From Thecamonas trahens ATCC 50062 (taxonomy: Eukaryota; Protista; Apusomonadida): 64,000 nucleotides of DNA. Below are positions 53,881 to 61,775 of the stretch, one piece after another; the first letter of the stretch is position 1, and every line of letters starts with the position of its first letter. Made by a program: the position numbers and the translations under genes. Below the pieces are notes generated by a model. That model searched no databases, was not told where the DNA came from, and saw only the letters and a program-made list of their open reading frames with translations. Location: positions 558,001 to 622,000 of the forward strand of contig NW_013657678.1 in the NCBI RefSeq assembly GCF_000142905.1, read 5' to 3'.

Positions 53881-55905
53881 TTATGATGCGGCGGGCTCGG
53901 CCGTGGTGGGCTCGGCCGTGTTGGGCTCGGCCGTGGTAGGGTCGGCCCCGTTGCCGTCGGCATTGTCATTGGCATCGCCGGCCCCGGCCCACTCGTACTC
54001 TTCGGGCGTGGGCATCTTCGGCAGATACTCTTCGCCCGGGAACAGTGACTCGAACATTGACCGGGCCTGCGCCATGACGTCCTCAGCGCAAAGCCCACCC
54101 GAGACGTCGGGCACAACGGTGATGTTGCTTGGCACATCCCGGGCTGCACCGTCGATTACCCGCTCGACCTGCGCAAAAGTGCAGTACCACACGGCCTTGG
54201 GCTTGGCGCTTGTGTCTGTGCTTGCGCCAGCCTCGGCCTCGGTTTCAGCCTCGGCCTCGGTTTCAGCCTCGGCCTCGGTTTCAGCCTCGGCCTCGGTTTC
54301 AGCCTCGGCCTCGGTTTCAGCCTCGACCTCGGCCACAACAGGCGTGACGTCGTAAAAGTGCGCGACAACGTGTTCCATGACTTCGCGCCCGTCGTTTGCA
54401 CTGCCATCGGCAGGCAGTGCCATGCTCATCTGAACAACACAGAACCCGGGCGGGCACGACTCGGTCGAGTCGTCGACCTGGACCACATAAACGGGGTTAG
54501 GGTTGTCGGCCACGGCGCGTGGCGGGATCGAGGCCACAGCCAGCTTGGCATCCGCGACTAGTGAGCGGCGGGCGACAACGATAGCGCGGGCGACGCGCGC
54601 CTCGGTCCGAGCCACCATGGCGCTCGGGAGGTACTCGGGCCCGACGACAAAGTGAGCGGCGCGGAGGACGACGCCGGCCTCGGTCCCGACACCCACAGCG
54701 CACCCCGTCCCAGGCGCCAGATACCAGCGTGTGAGCGGCCACGAGAGGACGTAGAAGCCGCCAAAGACGGCGCACAGCCGACAGAACGCCTGTCCGATCT
54801 CGGACATACCGTACATCGGGGCAAGGAACGCGGTCTTGCCGTACCGGCCCAGCGAGTGGAGATACAGCCGGATGGCGGCCTCACCAGCGGCTTTGCTCAG
54901 CGGCGGTTCGTCGCGCTCGACAAGCGCAATGGCATACTTGACAAACGCCGCGAGCTTTCCGCTCATTCGCGCAGCGTCGAGGGCCTCGTCGAGCGTGCCG
55001 TCATCGGCTTTGGCGCCGTCGGCGGTAGGGGAGTGACCGGCTGCATCAACGCTCGTTGCGGTCGAGAGATCCTGCGGCGCATACGGCTTGAGGAACTTCA
55101 TCAGCTTGCGCTTCTCCAGCGCTTTGACGTACGGATCGGCAAAGATGTCGGCCTTGGAGCACGGCACGGCCCGGAACGCGCCGTCCGAGTACAGCAGCGC
55201 CTTTTCACCGCCTTGAACTCGAGGTACTTGGCCACGTCCGACGAGATGAGGTCGGCGACAAGGCTGCCACGCGCCGGGATGACCTTGTTGCCGAGATCGA
55301 CGTTGAACTTTCGTGCGTTCTGCGGCAGCGCAAAGTCGGCCACCGCGGCTGCATCGACCACCACCGCCCGCGCATGGCCGATCCCAGCCCGCGCCATCAT
55401 GCTGCAGCCATCCACGCCCAGAGCCTCAAGCGCCGCCGCGCTTCCCTTATCCATGCCCTCGGTCTCCGCCATCTGGCTCCGATCGCCAGACTCATCCCCG
55501 TGGCCCACCTCACCGCCATGGTCCGATCCGGTCGTCGACATGGTCCTGGAGAGTTCCGGAAACGGGAGCGAGGCCCATGGTCCGCCGTAGTGCGAGTTGG
55601 CGTCGAGATGGAGTACGCGCTTGCCGATCCGGGCAGCCGCGCTGCGCACAGCGACGGTAAGGGGAGGTACGTGAGTGTGGTGAGGAAAAGGTCGCAAAGT
55701 GCACAGGAAAAGGTCGTAGCGTGAGAGGGGGAAAGGCCGTGGAGAAGCGGTGGCCGGCTTCCATGACGCCACCGTTTCACGGCGACCTGGACCTGTAGGG
55801 ATGGGCAAGCTATTTCGAGACAACATACCCAGCCAGGACACTCTGTGCCACACCGGTGCCGGCCACAACGAGGTCAAACGGCTCGCGGAACTCGTCTAGA
55901 CTCAT
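53881..55905 (-). CDS. Rab escort protein (REP/CHM/Mrs6, GDI family); intron 55828-55642, frameshift near 55203
   Basis: FDLVVAGTG..S|AARIGKRVLHLDANSHYGG, GRYGKTAFLAPMYGMSEIGQAFCRLCAVFGG, FESLFPGEEYLP. Confidence 0.88.
54229..54332. repeat. 18-bp coding tandem repeat (EAEAET) in REP
   Basis: AGCCTCGGCCTCGGTTTC occurs about 5 times. Confidence 0.9.
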
Positions 55906-56053
55906 GGTCGGCGTCGACTTGCTCGCGCTGGTCGAGGGAAAAGGCTCGAGCAATTGGAGCCCAGCGGGTCGAGTGGTTGGCCGACTCGGTGCTCGTGGTC
56001 GACTCGGCCGCACGGGGCGTTAACTTGATCAAAATTGCCATTTACCGATCCCA

Positions 56054-59000
56054 CTACAGGATGAGCTGCTGGATGGGAGTGACGACGATGTCGGATGCAC
56101 CGCCCATCTTCAGCTGTGGGATGAGGGTGGTGAGCGCCTTTTGCTGGACGGCGGTGCGGACGGCAAAGGCGTGGCCGCCGTAGAGCTGCGCCACGGTCGG
56201 GTTCTTGAGCGCGGGGAGCGAGGGGATGAGATCCTCGAGCAGGCTCTCGTCGACGTTGAACTCGATCATGACGCGCGAGCGGCCATCGAGGGCCGACTTG
56301 AGGAGGAGGACGAAGCGATCGATCTCGGCCTTGCGGACCGGGTCGGCAAGCGCGGCCTTGGACGCCACCAGATACGTCTCCGAGGTCATAATGACGTCGA
56401 TGATGGAGAGCCGGTTAGCCTTGAGTGTCTCTCCGGTGGCAGTGTTGTCGATGATGACATCGGCGTCGTCGGGCACGTAGACCTCGGTCGCACCGCCGGT
56501 CTTGATGTACGACGCGTCGAGACCGGTGTCCGCGATCCACTTCTTGGTGAGCGTCACGTACTCGGTGGCGATGACAAGCTTGCGATCGGTGGGGAGCGAG
56601 CCGCCGTGGGCAGCGAGGAGGGCATCCGGCGCGGCGACGACAACCCGGACCGGGTCCATGCCGGTGGCAAAGTATGGCACCACCTCGCCGCCGGCCTCAA
56701 GCTCGGCGATGAGGTCGACGCCGGCAAAGCCCATGTCGCGCTTGCCGGCCTGGATGAGCCGGACCGTGTCGCGCGGCTTGAGCAGCTTGACGTCCCATCC
56801 GTCGAGGTTGATCGACGGCCGCAGCGACCGGGCCCGGATCTTAACCTTGATTCCACCGTCTGCGAGGAGTGAGAGGATGTTCTCGTTCATCCGGCCCTTG
56901 GGCAGCGCAAACTTGATGACAGCGCCGCTCTCGTTGGCGGCCGGGAGGGCGACGCCTGCAGTGCCGACGGCGCTGGCCGATCCGGCCCGCGAGCGCGAGA
57001 TAGATCCGCTCTTCTCGGTGCCGACCAGCGCGAGGCGTGCTTTGGCCGCAGCCGCGTGGCCGAGCAGACCCTCCATCGACGCGAGCGCCACCGCATCGGC
57101 CACGATGTCGCCCGCGGCACCCATGTCCGTCATGTGGACAAAGGTCCGGACCCGGAGGAAGGTGAGGACCGAGAGGCCGCCAAAGGCCTTGGCGCTCCCA
57201 CCGGTTGGCAGCGTGTGGTTGACGCCGACCGAGTAGTCGCCGAGCACCTCGGCCGAGCCGGCGCCCACAAATAGCGATCCGTAGTTGTCCAGCTCCTCAG
57301 TCAGCCGTGCCAGATCATGTTTGCCCCCGTCAACCTGGATCTCCAGGTGCTCGGGCGCAAGCGCGTTGGCCACCGCCACCGCCTCATCCATGTTGGCGGC
57401 AATGACCGAGAACCCGTTGTTGGCGAGCGCGGTCGTCGCGGTCGCTGCGTTGGGCCCAAGCTCACCAGAGGCGATCTGGGAAGCGAGCGCAGCATTGACC
57501 GCATCGACCACGCACGCATCGGGCGTGACGAGGATCGGCACGGCGGCGACGTCGTGCTCAGCCTGGGCGAGGAGGTCGGCGGCGATGAGCCCCGGATCGG
57601 CGGATGCGTCGGCGAGGACCAGACACTCAGACGGGCCGGCGAGCATGTCGATGGCAACCGAGCCGGCCACGAGTGACTTGGCGGCGGTGACCCACTTGGA
57701 TCCTGGACCGACAATGGCGTCGCAGGCCGGCACGGCGCCCGCGCCGTAGGCCATGGCGCCGATAGCCTGGGCGCCGCCGATCGTCAGCAGCTTGTCGACC
57801 TTGGCGACGTGGCAGGCGGCCAGAATGATGGGCGCAGGATGCGGCGACGCGACAATGACGTCGGCGCAGCCGGCGACCCGCGCCGTCACAGCCGTCATGA
57901 GCACCGTCGACGGCAGCGGGTAGCGGCCACCGGGCGCGTAGCAACCTGCGCGCGTGACCGGCGAGATCGAGTGGCCGATGTCGCCGCCGGCGATGGAGAG
58001 AGTGAGCGGGTGAAGCGACTGCTTCTGCGCGAGCGCAAAGGTCTCGATCCGCCCGGCGCATCGGCGGAGCACCTTACGTTCGGCCTCGGGAATACTCTCA
58101 TAGGCTGCGGCAAACTCGGCTGGCCCGAGCACGTACCGTTGCTCATCCCGCCAGTACTCGTCTGCATCAGAGAGGTCGCCAAACTTGGTCGCGAGCTCGA
58201 GGAGCGCCGACTCGCCATCGGCTTCGATGCGCGCAAGGATGGACCGTGCGACCTTGAGCGCTTCGGCATCAACAGCATCGACGTACGCCGAGGTCTTGCC
58301 GGACAAGACGTCCGCGGCGGCGACTTGCCGGAGCGCTGGCGTGGGAGAGCCTGTGGGTGCTGGTGCCGGGATGGACGGCCCCGAGCCGCCATCGACGGCG
58401 GCGGGCTCGAGAGGGGCAGCCTTGGGCTTGACAGCGCCTCCGCGGCGCTTGACGTAGAGTGATCGGGATGCAAGGTGGCGCTCGACGTCGACGAGCGGGA
58501 TGCCAGCCTTAACGAGGCCGACCATGACAAAGTAGAGCACGTCGGCGGCTTCCCAAGTGGCGGCGGCGGGATCAAACGGTTGGGCGGCGAGGGCCTCGAT
58601 GTACTCGCCGGCCTCCTCCTCGATCTTTGCGGCGAGCATGGATGGCTTGTCAAAGAGCTTCTTGGTGTACGAACCCTGCGGGGCGCTCTCCAGCCGGGAC
58701 ACGAGGGTGCGGTAGAGATCGCCGAGCGCATCGAGCGAGCCGCCGGGACTGGGCACGCCGGCAAAGCACGCGCGGCGCGAGGGGACATGGCAAAAGCCAT
58801 TGCCATCCTGCGAGACGACAAAGGTGAGAGCATCGGCGTCGCAGTCGAGGGCAATGGCGTGGAGCGTTTGGGTTGCGCCCGACGACGCGCCCTTGCGCCA
58901 CAGCCCGCGGCTCCGCGACCAGTAAACGCCAGCGCGCTCATCGACAGCGGTGCGGATCGAGGCCTTTGACGAGTAGACTTGGCCGAGGAGCTGGCCGCGA

Positions 59001-61216
59001 CAGTCAACGACGACGGTGGGGAAGAGGCCGTCGGCGCGATCCGAGACGAGCGGGGCGGCGATGGCGTCTCCAAGTGAGAGCTCACCCGAGTAGAGCGACA
59101 TGCCGACCTGGCCCATGGCGCCGAGGGCGTAGAGGTCGGCAAGGTCAGCAGGCGAGGTGATGCCGCCGGCAATGGTGAGCGAGAGCGGGAGGCCGAGGGA
59201 AGTCGAGGCGGCAGCAATGACGGCGACAAGGTCGGCAATGGCGGAGCGGTCGATGCCAACCATGCGGCCCTCGCGCTCGACAAAGGTGACGAGGAAGCCG
59301 GAGCAGTACGGCGCGAGGGCGGTGACCCGGTCTGCAACCGACTCGCCGGTCTTGGTCGTCCACCCGTCCACCACTACCTCGCCGTGAACGGCGTCGAGGG
59401 CGACGAGGACGCGATCGCGCGGGAGCTGGGCGAGGAGTTCGGGGCTAGCGGCGGTGCCGATGATGACCGAGCGGGCGCCGGCCTGGAGGTAGTCGAGGGC
59501 GGCGTCGACGGAGCGAATGCCACCACCGACTCGGCATGGGTAGCGCTTGCAGAGCTCGACGATGGCGTCCTTGTTGGAGCCACGCGAGAGGGCGGCGTCG
59601 AGGTCGATGACCGCGATCTCGCCGGCGAGGGCAAACTTGGCTGCAAGGGCGTCGAGCTCGCTGCCGGCGTCGATCTTGAGCTTCTCGGGATCACCGCCGA
59701 CAAGCTGGACAGCACGGCCGCCCATGAGGTCGATGGAGGGAACGACGGCCTGCGGCGGCGGTGAGAGGTGGAGCTTGGTCGCGGCGTCGGGTGCAAACGA
59801 CGGCGGGCGGACCGAGAGCGACGGATCCAGGAGCGAGAGGGCCGATTTGATCGAGCCGACGGTGTAGTCGCCGTAGTGGAAGATGGATGCCGCGAGGAGG
59901 GCATCGGCGCCGGCGGCGATGGCGGCGACCATGTGCTCCGGCGACGAGGCGCCGCCCGAGGCAACAACCGGGATTGAGACGGCGGCGGAGACGGCGGCGA
60001 GGAGCTTGGTGTCGTAGCCGGAGCGGGTGCCGTCGCGGTCAAACGAGGTGAGGAGAATCTCGCCGGCGCCGGCGGCGGCGGCGCGGGCGGCCCACTCGAT
60101 GGCATCGATGCCAGTCCGCTCCGAGCCGGACTTGACGACAACCTCCCAGCCGGAGGCCGTCGAGTCAGCCGAGCGTGCGTCGACGGCAATGACGATGCAC
60201 TGCGAGCCAAAGCGGGAGGCGAGGCGGGAGATGAGCGCCGGGTCACGGACGGCGGCGGTGTTGACGGCGATCTTGTCGGCGCCGGCCTCGAGTAGGGCCT
60301 GGGCCGAGTCGACGGAGCGGACGCCGCCGCCGACGGTCATGGGGAGGAGGACAGAAGCACGGAGGGACCGGATCATGTCGAGGGCGGTGGCACGGGCTTC
60401 GGGCGTGGCGGAGATGTCGAGAATGACCAGCTCGTCGGCGCCCTGGGCCTCGTAGGCGCGGGCAAGCTCGACGGGATCGCCGGCGTCGCGCAGGCCTTCA
60501 AACTGGACGCCCTTGACTACGCGGCCGTCCTTGCAGTCGAGGCAGGGGATGATGCGGCGGGTGTGCGGCGGGGCGATGGGATCCGGGACCGGAAGCGGGG
60601 CGCGCGCGAGGTCGACAAATGCCTTGAGGATGGCGAGACCGAACGAGCCCGAGAGTTCAGGGTGGAACTGGGTGGCGAGGACGTTGCCGCGCTGGAGGGC
60701 AGCGACGTAGTCGGAGCCGTAAGAGGCGATGGCAGCGGACCAGCCGAGCGGAACGGATCGGAGGCAGAACGAGTTGGAGAAAAAGGCGTAGCCCGGTCGA
60801 GAAATAATGTCGCCTGCAGCAGACGCCATAGGCTTGACCTTTGCCCATCCCTGCTGTGGAATGGGCCGCGAGGCGACGTTGTCAAACTTGACGACGTTGG
60901 CGCTAGCCAAGACACCGAGGCCATTGACGCCGGGAGACTCGTCAGAGCAAGCAGCGAGAATTTGGAGACCGACGCAAACAAACAAAGTAGGAAGGTTGCT
61001 AGCGAGACGGGCCTTGATGGCATCGATGAGGCCAGGGGACGAGGCAAGAGCGTCCATAGAGGCACCAAAAGTGCCCACGCCGGGAATAACAACCAGCGGA
61101 GCGCTGGCTACGTCAGCCGACTCGATCGAGGTCCTTGGCTTGGCGCCAGCCCGCTTGAGTGAGGCTGCCACAGAGGCCACGTTAGCCACTCCCGTACATA
61201 CAATCACAGTGTCCAT
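56054..61216 (-). CDS. hisH-hisF-hisA-hisI-hisE-hisD-hisG: Seven-domain histidine biosynthesis fusion: HisH (~61216-60600), HisF (~60565-59835), HisA (~59750-59050), HisI (~59045-58765), HisE (~58735-58440), HisD (~58335-57030), HisG long form (~56920-56054)
   Basis: HisH: PGVG, CVGLQ, QFHPE. HisF: RIIPCLD, GADELVILDI, LTSFDRDGT, ASIFH. HisA: PSIDLMGGRAVQL, VGGGIR. HisI: YWSRSR.LW.KG.SSG, DCDADAL, CH..CF. HisE: SYT, KIEEEAGE, EAADVLY. HisD: YAPGG, AGPSE, QAEHD, APEHLE, GDY..G.NHTLPT. HisG: ALPKGR, ATEY, GATE, DNTATGETLKAN, plus C-terminal regulatory domain. Confidence 0.96.
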   Translation of the reverse strand: MDTVIVCTGVANVASVAASLKRAGAKPRTSIESADVASAPLVVIPGVGTFGASMDALASSPGLIDAIKARLASNLPTLFVCVGLQILAACSDESPGVNGLGVLASANVVKFDNVASRPIPQQGWAKVKPMASAAGDIISRPGYAFFSNSFCLRSVPLGWSAAIASYGSDYVAALQRGNVLATQFHPELSGSFGLAILKAFVDLARAPLPVPDPIAPPHTRRIIPCLDCKDGRVVKGVQFEGLRDAGDPVELARAYEAQGADELVILDISATPEARATALDMIRSLRASVLLPMTVGGGVRSVDSAQALLEAGADKIAVNTAAVRDPALISRLASRFGSQCIVIAVDARSADSTASGWEVVVKSGSERTGIDAIEWAARAAAAGAGEILLTSFDRDGTRSGYDTKLLAAVSAAVSIPVVASGGASSPEHMVAAIAAGADALLAASIFHYGDYTVGSIKSALSLLDPSLSVRPPSFAPDAATKLHLSPPPQAVVPSIDLMGGRAVQLVGGDPEKLKIDAGSELDALAAKFALAGEIAVIDLDAALSRGSNKDAIVELCKRYPCRVGGGIRSVDAALDYLQAGARSVIIGTAASPELLAQLPRDRVLVALDAVHGEVVVDGWTTKTGESVADRVTALAPYCSGFLVTFVEREGRMVGIDRSAIADLVAVIAAASTSLGLPLSLTIAGGITSPADLADLYALGAMGQVGMSLYSGELSLGDAIAAPLVSDRADGLFPTVVVDCRGQLLGQVYSSKASIRTAVDERAGVYWSRSRGLWRKGASSGATQTLHAIALDCDADALTFVVSQDGNGFCHVPSRRACFAGVPSPGGSLDALGDLYRTLVSRLESAPQGSYTKKLFDKPSMLAAKIEEEAGEYIEALAAQPFDPAAATWEAADVLYFVMVGLVKAGIPLVDVERHLASRSLYVKRRGGAVKPKAAPLEPAAVDGGSGPSIPAPAPTGSPTPALRQVAAADVLSGKTSAYVDAVDAEALKVARSILARIEADGESALLELATKFGDLSDADEYWRDEQRYVLGPAEFAAAYESIPEAERKVLRRCAGRIETFALAQKQSLHPLTLSIAGGDIGHSISPVTRAGCYAPGGRYPLPSTVLMTAVTARVAGCADVIVASPHPAPIILAACHVAKVDKLLTIGGAQAIGAMAYGAGAVPACDAIVGPGSKWVTAAKSLVAGSVAIDMLAGPSECLVLADASADPGLIAADLLAQAEHDVAAVPILVTPDACVVDAVNAALASQIASGELGPNAATATTALANNGFSVIAANMDEAVAVANALAPEHLEIQVDGGKHDLARLTEELDNYGSLFVGAGSAEVLGDYSVGVNHTLPTGGSAKAFGGLSVLTFLRVRTFVHMTDMGAAGDIVADAVALASMEGLLGHAAAAKARLALVGTEKSGSISRSRAGSASAVGTAGVALPAANESGAVIKFALPKGRMNENILSLLADGGIKVKIRARSLRPSINLDGWDVKLLKPRDTVRLIQAGKRDMGFAGVDLIAELEAGGEVVPYFATGMDPVRVVVAAPDALLAAHGGSLPTDRKLVIATEYVTLTKKWIADTGLDASYIKTGGATEVYVPDDADVIIDNTATGETLKANRLSIIDVIMTSETYLVASKAALADPVRKAEIDRFVLLLKSALDGRSRVMIEFNVDESLLEDLIPSLPALKNPTVAQLYGGHAFAVRTAVQQKALTTLIPQLKMGGASDIVVTPIQQLIL

Positions 61217-61775
61217 GTTGTTGCGCGAGCGAGACGTTGCTGAAAAAGAAGTTGCAGTCCGCTAGGTTAGCGGAGACGAGGAGTGTGGCGACGTGCGGAG
61301 GGATCGTGGCGACGCGTGCGGATGGCATTTTTTTAACCATCCGCAACTTTCCATTCGAATGTTCTAGCTCTGCTACCCCTACTCACACCTCCTGCAAGCG
61401 GGAGAGAGCTTGCAAAGGAAGGAAAAGTGAATGCTGAGGTGCAAGGAGCAAGGATAATGCCAAATGTTGGAGTGTGGTACGTGTAAAGGCGGCAGTCAAC
61501 GGAGGGGATGAGTATGATGTTCAAGATCACGAGCAAGAAAGTTAGCTTAGAATTGGCGGTGGAGCCGCTGTCACAGCGCAGGCCACTCACTCACATACCT
61601 GTCTGCAGACCAGTTGTATGTGGGCGGGGTGAAGTGGGGCAAAAAGAGGGGGGAGGGGGACACCGTGGGCAGATACTCATAGTGGTATGTTGGTGGGACT
61701 GGGATGCTGCGGGTGGGCGCACTGGCTGGCTGGCTGGCTGACTGGCTGGCTGGCTGGCTGGCGTGCTGGTAATCG
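61217..61775. promoter_or_regulatory. Putative bidirectional promoter between the two his genes
   Basis: 559-bp, lower-GC spacer between two divergent ATGs. Contains an imperfect direct repeat GTGGCGAC(GC)GTGCGGA and a (GCTG)n tract. Function inferred from position only. Confidence 0.55.

Noticed and set aside
3100-55210. Programmed ribosomal frameshifting as the explanation for split genes
   Set aside because: No shared slippery heptamer or stop-codon context; the pattern fits homopolymer sequencing errors.
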